Below are positions 42,835 to 52,547 of a stretch of 64,000 nt of DNA, one piece after another. The notes under the pieces are model-generated. The model saw nothing but the letters and a program-made list of their open reading frames with translations. It ran no database searches and was not told where the DNA came from. Every line of letters begins with the position of its first letter. Within the stretch, counting starts at the first letter, position 1. The stretch covers positions 160,001 to 224,000 of the forward strand of contig OZ241889.1 in the NCBI GenBank assembly GCA_965203355.1, read 5' to 3'. The DNA is from Candidatus Latescibacterota bacterium. Its GTDB lineage: Bacteria; Latescibacterota; UBA2968; UBA8231. Position numbers and translations under genes: made by a program.

Positions 42835-44100
42835 TTACATTATATACCGAATGGCTTCTACGGGCATCAACCCCGCGGCCTTGCGCGCCGGATAAATCGA
42901 CGTCGCCAAGCAGATAACCATGCTAATCGCCGCTACCAGTGCAAAGTCCACGACATCCATATCCACGGGCAACGAACTGATAAAATACATGTCCCCGGGA
43001 ATGGAAATCAGCGCAAAGCGCTGTTGGGCTGAACAGAGCGCAAAACCGATCAAGCAGCCCAAGAAGGTGCCAATGCCACCAATGACCAAGCCCTGATAGA
43101 TGAAGATGCGGTAAATCTCGCCCACGGTGCAACCAATCGTCCGCAAGATGCCGATCTCGGGCGTCTTGACCAGCACCGACATAACTAGAATCGACATGAT
43201 GTTAAAAGCAGCGACCAGCACGATGAGGCTCAGCGCGAGGAAGATTGCCCATTTTTCCAACTCGATCCAGCGGAAGAACTCGGGAAAAAGCTGGGTCCAA
43301 TCGCGCACTTGATAGGGATAACCCAACTCCTCGGCTAGGCGGTCGCGGATCTCAGGTGCTTGGTAGATGTCTGCGACGTGGATGTGGATATCAGTAATCG
43401 CATCGCCCAATTCGAGCATGCGCTGGGCGTCCTCTAGGTGAATAAAAGCATAGTTGTCATCGTACTGGTACATGCCGCTTTCAAAGTGATCGGTCACAAA
43501 AAAGGACCACGGACGCGGTGAGAAGCCGTCCATCACGGCTGCCTCCACATCGAGATTCTGCACCGTCATCAGCAACACTTCAGAACCCGGCCCCACGTGC
43601 AAACGCCGCGCCAAGTACTCGCCGAGGACAATCCCCCGCTTATTTAGCTCGGCGAGCAAGCCGAGGCGCAGTTGACCTGCTGGATTGGCGTAGCTCAGGT
43701 GTTCGGTCAGGTCGGAAACCGCTGGAAAGGTCCCCGGATCAACGCCCCACACGGGAATGCCATCGACCCGGCCCAAATCGAGCTGCGAAGCAATAATGAC
43801 CTTGAAATCCACGACCCCGGCCGTGCCCACGACCCCGGCCGCGCCGTTCACCTGCTGCAACAGCGCATCCCAATCCGCGATGGGGCCGCCGTCAAAGCGG
43901 CGAATGTTCACGTGGGCGTTCATGCCGATCAGTCGGTTTTTGACTTCGCCGGCAAAACCATTGGTCACCGAGAGAATGATCACCAAAGCCGCAACCCCCA
44001 AGATCACCCCACCGACGGCCACATAGGCGATGACCGAGAAGAAGCCCTCGCGCTGCTTGGAACGCAGGTAGCGGCCAGCGACAAACAAAGCAATGCTCAC
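42835..44100 (-). CDS. lolE: Lipoprotein-releasing ABC permease LolC/E
   Basis: GTG 44100 overlaps the prfB stop; GVAALVIILSVTNGF, VAAFNIMSIL, EIGILRTIG, YPARKAA. Confidence 0.9.
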   Translation of the reverse strand: MSIALFVAGRYLRSKQREGFFSVIAYVAVGGVILGVAALVIILSVTNGFAGEVKNRLIGMNAHVNIRRFDGGPIADWDALLQQVNGAAGVVGTAGVVDFKVIIASQLDLGRVDGIPVWGVDPGTFPAVSDLTEHLSYANPAGQLRLGLLAELNKRGIVLGEYLARRLHVGPGSEVLLMTVQNLDVEAAVMDGFSPRPWSFFVTDHFESGMYQYDDNYAFIHLEDAQRMLELGDAITDIHIHVADIYQAPEIRDRLAEELGYPYQVRDWTQLFPEFFRWIELEKWAIFLALSLIVLVAAFNIMSILVMSVLVKTPEIGILRTIGCTVGEIYRIFIYQGLVIGGIGTFLGCLIGFALCSAQQRFALISIPGDMYFISSLPVDMDVVDFALVAAISMVICLATSIYPARKAAGLMPVEAIRYIM

Positions 44101-45192
44101 GTTGGTCCCTCGGTCAAATAGGCCCGGATAAATCGGTCGATGTCGCCGTCCATTACCGCTTGGACATTGGCCGTTTCGCAAGCGGTGCGGTGATCTTTGA
44201 CTACGGTGTATGGATGAAACACATAGGAGCGGATCTGCGACCCGAAGTCAATGCTCTTCTTGGTGCTCTCCACCGCAAGCTGCTTCTGCTTCTGTTCATC
44301 CCTGAGGCGCTGGTACAGACGCGCCTTCAGCACCTTAAACGCAGTGGCCTTGTTCTTGAACTGCGAGCGCTCGTTTTGGCATTGGACGACAAGGCCGGTG
44401 GGCAGATGCGTGAGCCGCACGGCCGAGGCGGTCTTGTTCACGTGTTGACCGCCCGCGCCCCCGGAGCGGTAGGTTTCGACCTTCACGTCCTCGTCGTTGA
44501 TATCCACCTCGATATCGTCTTCGACCTCTGGATAGACAAATACCGAAGCAAACGAAGTGTGCCGGCGACGATTCGTATCAAACGGCGAGAGCCGCACTAG
44601 GCGATGGACGCCCGCCTCGGCTTTGAGGTGGCCATACGCATAATCCCCTCTAATCTCAATGGTTGCGCCTTTGATGCCGGCTTCCTCGGCCGGCTGCAGA
44701 TCCACGACTGTACATTCCATGCCATGACGCTCGGTCCAGCGCGTGTACAAGCGCATCAACATCGACGCCCATTCGGCCGCGTCCGTGCCGCCCGCGCCCG
44801 AGTGAATGACGAGAATCGCGTTCTTGGAGTCGGCCTCATCGTTGAGCATCGTGCGGAATTCCAATTCGCCGATGTCCTGCATGGCGCGTTCGACCTCGGC
44901 TTCGACCTCGGTCAGCGCTTCTGCATCGTCCTCTTCGGCCGCCATCTGCCGCAGCTGACCCAAGTCCTCCAACTGCGCGTCCAAGGTCTCCCAATCCGCG
45001 ATGGTGTCCTTGAGGATGCGCACTGTCTTGCCGACGGATTCGGCCTGTCGCCTATCGTTCCAAAAGTCCGCGGCCACCATGCGCTTCTCTAGCGCGGCCA
45101 ACTCTTCCTTCTTACCGCTTATGTCAAAGATACCCCCGCAGCCGCTCTAGCTGCTGCCGTCCACTTGTCAACTGTTCCTCAATCGTGGCCAT
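44097..45192 (-). CDS. prfB: Peptide chain release factor 2 (programmed +1 frameshift)
   Basis: ATG 45192 gives MATIEEQLTSGRQQLERLRGYL, then CTT TGA C; the +1 frame continues DISGKKEELAALEKRM... with SPF and GGQ motifs. Confidence 0.97.
45123..45138 (-). promoter_or_regulatory. RF2 autoregulatory frameshift site
   Basis: CGGGGG TAT CTT TGA C: internal SD-like sequence 3 nt before the slippery CTTTGAC. Confidence 0.95.
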
Positions 45193-45706
45193 TGTCATCT
45201 TCCTCGGTTTCGTAGTAGCGATCAAAAAGGAGACTTTCGTGCTTGCGTTCAGCGGGTATTTCAAAAAGTAGCTGCCCCTCGTACACCTTGCCCTTGGTCC
45301 CCTTTAGCTGGTCGGTGTGCGCAATAAAAAACGGCGAGCGCGACAGCGGGTAGTACCGCCGCCCTTGGCCGTCAACGAGCTGAAAACAGCGCGGCACAAT
45401 CGCCCACGCAAGCTGCAAATTCACCTGCAAACGCACATCAACGAGCACGAACTTATGGCCCTCGTCAGGCGGACCGTGAAAAAAGTGCATGTAGCGCACC
45501 CCGTCCGCGGGCACCGTCAGGGCAACCTGATTGTTGATGTTGGCGAACAGATTGGTCAGGTTCTCCAGTTTATCCGCCGATCCGCCCGTCAAGCTCACCC
45601 CAATGTAGATGGGCACAAAGAGGCTCACGCCACCCAAGACGACGCGGTTGAGCATCCGCAGGCGTTTGTTAAACTGCTTCTTGCGCTCTTTTGCCGGGAG
45701 CACCAT
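45179..45706 (-). CDS. Membrane-anchored protein with DUF4352-like Ig domain
   Basis: N-terminal basic stretch plus TM; FVLVDV...FQLVDGQGRRY...EGQLLFEIP pattern. Confidence 0.65.
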   Translation of the reverse strand: MVLPAKERKKQFNKRLRMLNRVVLGGVSLFVPIYIGVSLTGGSADKLENLTNLFANINNQVALTVPADGVRYMHFFHGPPDEGHKFVLVDVRLQVNLQLAWAIVPRCFQLVDGQGRRYYPLSRSPFFIAHTDQLKGTKGKVYEGQLLFEIPAERKHESLLFDRYYETEEDDNGHD

Positions 45707-45724
45707 GGCGTTTCCCCAAAGCAC

Positions 45725-47389
45725 CTAGCGCACAAGGGCGATTTTGCCCAAGCGACTGCGGCTGGGCAGCCGCAGTTGATAGAAGTACATCCCGTTGGCC
45801 ATGGCCCGGCCTGGCATCCAACGCGGGGCGCGGCCCGGCCCGTCGTGCCTGCCCGGCCACAGGTACCAACGCTCGGTGAACACCAATCGGCCCGCTAGGT
45901 CAAAAACGCTCAACTCGACAAAGCCGCGCTCGGCTAGCTGCACTGGAAAATGCACCACCCCGTCCCGGGCTGGATTGGGAAAAGGCGCCAACAGGCGGTC
46001 CGCCTCCGGCGGCACCTCGTCGAGGCCACTGGCCGCCCACGCGTTTATCTGCCCCCAGCCATACACCGTGTCGGGACCAGCGGTTCCCAAGTCCAACGCG
46101 GTCGAGCGCAAAGCCGCCATCACTTGGTCCGGTCCCCATTCGGGATTTTTTTGCAACAATAAGGCGCAAACCCCGCTCACCAAGGGCGTAGCAAAGGAAG
46201 TGCCGCCCCGGCGCACATAGCCACCGCCCCGCAGATCCGCGACCACCACGCCGCTGCCGGGCGCGACTACATCCGGCTTGATCCGGCCATCAGCCGTCGG
46301 TCCCCGCGAGCTAAAGGAGGCAATCTGCGGTGCATGCGCCGCACTGCCGGGCACATCTACCGCGCCCACCGCAATCGCGCCGGCGGCGTCCGCTGGCATC
46401 GTTATGTAGTGCCAATCCACGTTGGCCTCATTGCCTGCGCCCACGACCACCACGATGCCGCGCCGCACCGCCAGCTCCGCCGCCACGCTCGTCAGCGCGG
46501 TTTGTCCGTCCAGATCCGCTGGCGAGTAACCCGTGCCGTCGTCCCAGCGATTGTAGCCCAATGAACTGTTGACCACCTGCGCTCCCAAGCTGTCGGCCCA
46601 TTCCAAACCGGCGACCCAGCGATCCTCCTCCGAGGGCATTTCGGGCAAGTTGTCGTCTAGTTCGGTCTTGGCCAAGATGTACTCAGCGTCGGGTGCCACG
46701 CCGACAAAGTGACCGGGCTGATAGCCTGCCAACAGAGAAAGTACTTGCGCACCGTGCAAATTTTGGCTACCGCTCATTTCGTCGCCCGTGATGGGTTGGT
46801 TGGCTTCATCGCTGACAATCTCGTCGCTATTGACAAAGTCGCGCTGGGCCACCACGCGAATGGAGGCGAAGGCCGCGTGTTCGACGTAGTGGAAACCGTT
46901 GTCGAGCAAGGCCACGCGCACCCCAGCACCCGTCAGACCTCGGTCGTGTAGAGGAGGAACGGCGATTTGAGCTAGTTGCTCAAAGGCGAGGCCATAATGG
47001 CTTTGCTGCAACTTAGGACTGACAAACAGCGCGGGCGGCGATGGCTTGGGCCGCTGCAAGCGCTGCACGGGCCGGGTTGCGACGACAAAGTCCGCCTTCT
47101 GCACTCGATGCTGTACCTCGGGCGAAACCCGCGCACTGACCGCGTTGAGCCAACGCGAGGAAAAGCGCACGGCCACTCCCATCTCCCGCAGCCGCTCGAT
47201 GTAGCGTGGGCTGATGGGCAGGTCCAGCTCCGCGTCCGTATGACCAGCCCCCAAATCCACCCAAGCGATGCGCCGTCCCTCGGCATCCGTTTTGTCGCGC
47301 AACAAAATCCAGATACTCTGATCCGCTGCAACCGCCAAGGCCCCCGCGTGTACCAGCAGAGCCGCGCACCACCACACTTTCTTACTCAA
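45725..47389 (-). CDS. S8 subtilisin-like serine protease with C-terminal FlgD/T9SS-type sorting domain
   Basis: LLDNGF, HGAQVLS and GTSFATP catalytic motifs; IKPDVVAPG; C-terminal PFPNPARDG...VFDLAGRLV...GMYFYQL. Start uncertain (TTG 47389 or GTG 47377). Confidence 0.9.
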   Translation of the reverse strand: MSKKVWWCAALLVHAGALAVAADQSIWILLRDKTDAEGRRIAWVDLGAGHTDAELDLPISPRYIERLREMGVAVRFSSRWLNAVSARVSPEVQHRVQKADFVVATRPVQRLQRPKPSPPALFVSPKLQQSHYGLAFEQLAQIAVPPLHDRGLTGAGVRVALLDNGFHYVEHAAFASIRVVAQRDFVNSDEIVSDEANQPITGDEMSGSQNLHGAQVLSLLAGYQPGHFVGVAPDAEYILAKTELDDNLPEMPSEEDRWVAGLEWADSLGAQVVNSSLGYNRWDDGTGYSPADLDGQTALTSVAAELAVRRGIVVVVGAGNEANVDWHYITMPADAAGAIAVGAVDVPGSAAHAPQIASFSSRGPTADGRIKPDVVAPGSGVVVADLRGGGYVRRGGTSFATPLVSGVCALLLQKNPEWGPDQVMAALRSTALDLGTAGPDTVYGWGQINAWAASGLDEVPPEADRLLAPFPNPARDGVVHFPVQLAERGFVELSVFDLAGRLVFTERWYLWPGRHDGPGRAPRWMPGRAMANGMYFYQLRLPSRSRLGKIALVR

Positions 47390-48026
47390 CAGGAGGTTCC
47401 CTAGTGTCCAGCACCTCCACCCCCTCTGGTATCGCAAAAGAAAAGACCTCGTCGGCTATCTTCCTGTTGGCGCGATGATCCCTAAGAACGTACGTAGTGC
47501 GATTGCCATTGACCTCGCGCTGCTCGACTTGCAGCAGAATCCACCCCCTAGGATCCACCCAAATCCGCATCTGTTCGACCACAGACGCTTCGTTTTCCGG
47601 TGCCGCGATCAGCAAATAGCAGGGCCGGCCCCCCAACGCACTTTCCTCCACCGCAATGGGCACATAGCGCTCGGTATAGTCGAAAAACACTTCCCACGGG
47701 GTCTTTATTTCCGCTTCGTAAGGGCTGATCACCACTTGGCCGTTCTGCACGACATACGACCAGACGGCCTGGCCATCAGCCACCACCACATCGCCGCCTT
47801 CTAGCTCGATGCGGAAGCGGTTCGGGCGGCGCAAATAGAGCCGCCCCTCGCGGCTGGAGTACTTGTCCAGCACGGCCCAGTAGAATTGCTTTTCAAAACG
47901 GGCTGAAAACGTCTTGTAGCTAGCGAGGCGCTTTTGCACCCTAGCGATGATTTCTTCGCCGCTCTGTCCAAGAGCGGTGCTCGCCGCCAAGCACATACAA
48001 GAAACGGCCCACAACCACAGTCTCAT
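47382..48026 (-). CDS. lolA: Outer-membrane lipoprotein carrier LolA
   Basis: Signal peptide, FSARFEKQ, GRLYLRRPNRFRIE, VADGQAVWSY, FSFAIPEGVEVLD; follows ftsK. Confidence 0.88.
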   Translation of the reverse strand: MRLWLWAVSCMCLAASTALGQSGEEIIARVQKRLASYKTFSARFEKQFYWAVLDKYSSREGRLYLRRPNRFRIELEGGDVVVADGQAVWSYVVQNGQVVISPYEAEIKTPWEVFFDYTERYVPIAVEESALGGRPCYLLIAAPENEASVVEQMRIWVDPRGWILLQVEQREVNGNRTTYVLRDHRANRKIADEVFSFAIPEGVEVLDTREPPVE

Positions 48027-50302
48027 TCTTTTGCGTACTCCTCTTCCGCGCGCTCGAGGAGAATCTCGCGCGGCTTTGCCCCAACGATCGGCCCGACGAT
48101 ACCGGCGGCCTCCAACTCGTCCATCAAACGCGCGGCGCGGGAATAACCCACTTTCAAGCGCCGCTGCAAAAACGAGGTGGAGGCCTGCTGGTGTTCGCAG
48201 ACTAAGCGCACGGCATCGTCGAAAAGGTCGTCGCGCACATCGGCAACCGCGTTAATATCCGGCTGCTCGGAAAACACCGCAACTTCCTCGGCCTCGTACT
48301 GGCTCTCTTTTAATGCCGCGACCAAACGCTCGGTTTCCTCGCCGGAAATAAAGGCTCCGTGGACGCGGAGCGGCTCGCCTTGACCGCTCGGCAAAAAGAG
48401 CATATCGCCCATCCCCAACAGCCGCTCAGCCCCGTTGAGATCGAGAATCGTGCGCGAGTCCGTCTTTGACGCCACTTGGAAGGCAATGCGCGACGGGAAG
48501 TTGGCCTTGATTACTCCGGTAATCACGTTCACCGAAGGCCGCTGGGTCGCCAAAATGATGTGAATGCCCACAGCGCGCGACTTCTGCGCCAAACCCATCA
48601 GTGAGGTCTCCACCTCAGCGGGAGCCGTCAGCATCAAATCGGCAAATTCGTCGATTACTATCACGATGTAAGCCAGCGGCTTCTCAGGCTCAACGCCGTC
48701 TTCTGCGGCCTCGGCTTGGACGCACGCCAGCTTGGCGTTGTAGTCGGACAGATTGCGCACCCCCAGTTTGGCCAGTTTCTGGTAGCGAGTTTCCATTTCG
48801 GCTACCGCCCACTTCAGGGCCTCGGCGGCCTTTTTCGGCTCGGTGATAACCGGCACCAGCAAATGCGGTATATCGTTGTACATCGTCAATTCGACGACCT
48901 TGGGATCCACCATGATAAAGCGCACTTCGTCCGGCGTGGCCTTGAGGAGGATACTGCAAATTAGGCTGTTCAGGCACACGCTCTTGCCAGCCCCGGTGGC
49001 ACCGGCGACCAATAGATGAGGCATTTTAGCCAGATCTGCGGCGCACGGCTCGCCCGAAATAGTCTTGCCCAGCGCCATGACCAGCTTGGAATCCGACCGG
49101 CCAAACACCTCGTCTTCGATGATCTCGCGCAAGTAAACGGTCTCCCGCTCCTGATTGGCAATCTCCACCCCCACCACGGATTTGCCCGGCACTGGTGCTT
49201 GAATGCGAATGCCTTTGGCACTCATCACGCGCGCGAGATCGTCCGAAAGCGCGGCAATGCGATTGACCTTGACGCCAAGGGCCGGCTCTACCTCGTAGCG
49301 GGTCACTACCGGCCCGGGACTTACCTCTACGACCTTGCTGGCCACGTCGAAATTGTCCAACGCACTCTCCAGCAGCTTGGCGTTTTCCAGCAAGGTCTCC
49401 TTGGATACACCGCTACGGCTGGCCGGGATTTCGTCTAACAACGCAGAACTCGGGATTTCGTAACGACCCCCGGCTGGCTTGCGGGCTGGCTCTGGTATAG
49501 CTGCGGCTGCAACCGCCGGTTCCTTTTTCTTTTGGCGCACCCGTCGCTCAACGCGCACTGGTTCCTGCACCCGAGGCTCCGCTGCGTCAACCTGTTCAAC
49601 CATTGGCTTCCAAGGGGCTGCATCCTCGACCCGAGGCACCGCACTGATCTCAGGTCTCATTTCTCGCGCCATAGCGGTTTCGTCCCGTTCCCGTTTTGCG
49701 GCTTTGCTCTTGTGTATAGCCGGGAGCAGTTTCCGCAGCCGCCCGAGCAGCCGCCAAACCATCGCCAAACCATCGCCCAGCCACGCCAACAATCGCCAGT
49801 TCAGACCGGGGGTCAAAATCACCGCAACCACAAAAAGCGCACCCAGCAAAACCGCCGACCCTAGCCTCCCTAGGTACGGTATGAGGATATCCAAACTGAT
49901 CTGAGTTCCCAGCACACCGCCCAGCTCAAAGGCCGTGTGCGGCGAATAGTCGGGCAGACCGGTAGCGACGCTAATAAAGACAGCCATGAGTAAAAGGCCC
50001 ACACTGCGCTGCACCGCAAGAGCCACCGGCTGGCACCGCACCCTATTCCAACCCCACAGCAACAAAAGCACAGGCCAGACATACGCAGCCCATCCCATGC
50101 CCACAAAGGCCCCATACGACGCATACGCACCAATCCGCCCCCCCCAATTCAAACTCTCCGCCACCGAGCGGCTCGAATTAGGAGGATCTAGCTCCTCATA
50201 GGATATCAAGCAGACAAGCAAAAACGCGCCGAGGCCAAGGAGGAGGACCCCTAGTGCTTGGGGTCTCTTATCGCCTTCGGACGTATGTAAAAACTCGAAC
50301 AT
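48023..50302 (-). CDS. ftsK: DNA translocase FtsK
   Basis: 4-TM N-terminus, PHLLVAGATGAGKS, IDEFADLM, LATQRPS, gamma domain LQRRLKVGYSRAARLMD. Confidence 0.97.
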   Translation of the reverse strand: MFEFLHTSEGDKRPQALGVLLLGLGAFLLVCLISYEELDPPNSSRSVAESLNWGGRIGAYASYGAFVGMGWAAYVWPVLLLLWGWNRVRCQPVALAVQRSVGLLLMAVFISVATGLPDYSPHTAFELGGVLGTQISLDILIPYLGRLGSAVLLGALFVVAVILTPGLNWRLLAWLGDGLAMVWRLLGRLRKLLPAIHKSKAAKRERDETAMAREMRPEISAVPRVEDAAPWKPMVEQVDAAEPRVQEPVRVERRVRQKKKEPAVAAAAIPEPARKPAGGRYEIPSSALLDEIPASRSGVSKETLLENAKLLESALDNFDVASKVVEVSPGPVVTRYEVEPALGVKVNRIAALSDDLARVMSAKGIRIQAPVPGKSVVGVEIANQERETVYLREIIEDEVFGRSDSKLVMALGKTISGEPCAADLAKMPHLLVAGATGAGKSVCLNSLICSILLKATPDEVRFIMVDPKVVELTMYNDIPHLLVPVITEPKKAAEALKWAVAEMETRYQKLAKLGVRNLSDYNAKLACVQAEAAEDGVEPEKPLAYIVIVIDEFADLMLTAPAEVETSLMGLAQKSRAVGIHIILATQRPSVNVITGVIKANFPSRIAFQVASKTDSRTILDLNGAERLLGMGDMLFLPSGQGEPLRVHGAFISGEETERLVAALKESQYEAEEVAVFSEQPDINAVADVRDDLFDDAVRLVCEHQQASTSFLQRRLKVGYSRAARLMDELEAAGIVGPIVGAKPREILLERAEEEYAKE

Positions 50303-50405
50303 AGAGCCGCAGACTCCGCTAGTACCTAGGCTGGAAAGCAATCAGATTGGCAAGGGGATTAACGAAAAATAAGCAAAAACGCGGCTTTTTGCATCTTGCG
50401 GCGCG

Positions 50406-52547
50406 TCAGATCATGCCGCTGCGCTTCCGTCCAAACCACTCAACAGCCAACAGGGCCGTAGCCAAAAGCGCGGGCCACAGCGGCCCCCACAGCGGCAAAA
50501 CCTCGGCCTTTTCGACCCAATGCTTGCGCGGCGCAAGCTGTTCCAGCATGTCCTCCCAGTCCGCAAGCGAATAGGCGCGACCACCGCTGGCGCGGGCCAA
50601 CTCGCCCAAGAGCAATGGGTCGGCGCGCAAATCCCCAAGCTCAACGCTGTACTCTTCGACGACAAAGCGACCCGTAGCCGCACCTACCGCGGCTTGGTCC
50701 ACTGCGGCCCGGACTTCGTATTCATACGTGCCGGGCGCCAGCCCACTAGCGACGCCTCGGTAGTGTCCAGCTCCTTGTGATTGCAAATCGAACGCTTCCC
50801 GCCCGGCTAGCGCGACCTGTACCGTCGCTCCCGGTTGTGGCTTCAGCAGCTCGTCGAAAACCTGTACCGCGAAAATCACTTCCTCGCCCGCCCGGTACAC
50901 AGGTCGCTCCGTCGAGGCACGGACCCGCCCGCCCGGAGCGTCAAGCGCGAGCCACTTGGCAGCGTCACGCCAGAACGCACGAATGGTCTGCGGCTGGCCA
51001 TTGACGCCGCTGCTCATCAGATCAAGCCGCCAAAAAGACGCGGATAGGGCCGCGAGTACCTTGCCAGCGCCATAAACACCCGCAACTATCACAGGCTCGC
51101 CGGCGGCGCTCTCGACCAGCACGGTGGTTCCCGGCCGCTGCTGCGCCGTGCGAAAGTAGCCTGGCAGTGGCGGCAACCGCAGCCACGGGTCATCCGCCCC
51201 TGCGGGCGGGCGCACGACCGGATGGTGCCGCCCGCCCGCGCTGAGCCGCAACAAGACCTCGCCCGGCACAAAGGGCATAGGGCCAGCCACCTGAAGCGGC
51301 ATGAGCGCAGCCAACGGCGAGTCGGCACGCCAAGCCCGCGCCATCTTGGGACCTCCGACGACGAGCAAACCGGCGCCGGCGTACACGTGCTGTACCAACG
51401 CAGCAGCGGGTGGGCCTTTGAGCAGCCACGCGCCCGGATTCACCAGCAGCACCACATCCCGGCCCTGCAAAACAGCCGGACTCCACGCGCCGCCGTAGAA
51501 CGCGCCCGGGTCCCGCTGAGTCATGGCCTCTACTACCCAACTTGAATCTGCGCTTAAACTGCGGTGCAAAAAGGCCAAGTCCTCGCTAGGACCTCCGGCT
51601 AGCAACAGCACCCGCGTACGCCCGGCGAGAATGTGAGTAAACGCGAGGGCCTCGTTGTCTGCGGTCGCAAATTCCCCGGCCACGGGCGCAATGGCCACGC
51701 GAAAAATGCGCGGCCCAGCCTGCTGGGGCGTCACTGCAAAGGAAACGCGCTGCACCTGTCCATCGCCGGCCAACAGCAGCGATTGTCTCTGAAGCAATCG
51801 CTCGCCCTCGTAGAGCCGGACTTCCACGCGCTGTCCCTCGTATCCCCAACTCCGCACCTCGGCGTCAACTGGCTGGCTCTGACCGACGTATCCAGTTTCG
51901 GCCGTGCGCACGTCCACTAGCTGGATATCAACCGGGACCTCCGTGCCCCCTACGCCAAGCGCGTACACGGGCACACCCAATTCCGCGCCCAGTTGTACCG
52001 GGTCGCGGCCCAAATTGTGGCCTCCGTCGGAGAATAGGACCACGCCTCGTACGCGCTCCCGCTCGGTGACCGCCTCCAAGCTAGTGACGAGGGCGCGGCC
52101 TATATTGGTCGCCTGACCGCGAGTAACTGCGGTCGCAACCGTATCAAGCGCGAACGGATACGCGGATTCGGCAAATCCCCAAGCGCGGACTTCGGCCTGT
52201 TCCAAGCGCACCGCCCACCCCTCGTCGTCCAGCACGGCCGCCACTTGTTGTAGTCGCGTATCAGGCCCGTCGGCTACCCCCATGCTCGGGCTGGTATCGA
52301 CCAACACCAACACCAGCGGCCGGATGACCTGCTGGTGCCACCACGTCAAAACCGGCTCGCACAACACCATAGTTAGCAAAGCCACGGACGCGGAGCGCAA
52401 CACCACGAGCACCATGCGACGCTTGGGATCAACCTGCGGATACGTCCGCTGATACACCCAATAAACGAATGCGAGTAGGAAGGGCAGCAGGACGAGGAAT
52501 ACGTGCGGTCCCGCCAACTGTAGATGGCTATCCGACCACTCAGACAC
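50406..52547 (-). CDS. Membrane-anchored VWA plus Ig-like plus GATase1-like domain protein
   Basis: N-terminal TMs, MIDAS DTSPS, T, and SDG; LLVVGGP GATase-like region; C-terminal TM ending EWFGRKRSGMI. GTG 52547 overlaps the tsaD stop. Confidence 0.8.
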   Translation of the reverse strand: MSEWSDSHLQLAGPHVFLVLLPFLLAFVYWVYQRTYPQVDPKRRMVLVVLRSASVALLTMVLCEPVLTWWHQQVIRPLVLVLVDTSPSMGVADGPDTRLQQVAAVLDDEGWAVRLEQAEVRAWGFAESAYPFALDTVATAVTRGQATNIGRALVTSLEAVTERERVRGVVLFSDGGHNLGRDPVQLGAELGVPVYALGVGGTEVPVDIQLVDVRTAETGYVGQSQPVDAEVRSWGYEGQRVEVRLYEGERLLQRQSLLLAGDGQVQRVSFAVTPQQAGPRIFRVAIAPVAGEFATADNEALAFTHILAGRTRVLLLAGGPSEDLAFLHRSLSADSSWVVEAMTQRDPGAFYGGAWSPAVLQGRDVVLLVNPGAWLLKGPPAAALVQHVYAGAGLLVVGGPKMARAWRADSPLAALMPLQVAGPMPFVPGEVLLRLSAGGRHHPVVRPPAGADDPWLRLPPLPGYFRTAQQRPGTTVLVESAAGEPVIVAGVYGAGKVLAALSASFWRLDLMSSGVNGQPQTIRAFWRDAAKWLALDAPGGRVRASTERPVYRAGEEVIFAVQVFDELLKPQPGATVQVALAGREAFDLQSQGAGHYRGVASGLAPGTYEYEVRAAVDQAAVGAATGRFVVEEYSVELGDLRADPLLLGELARASGGRAYSLADWEDMLEQLAPRKHWVEKAEVLPLWGPLWPALLATALLAVEWFGRKRSGMI

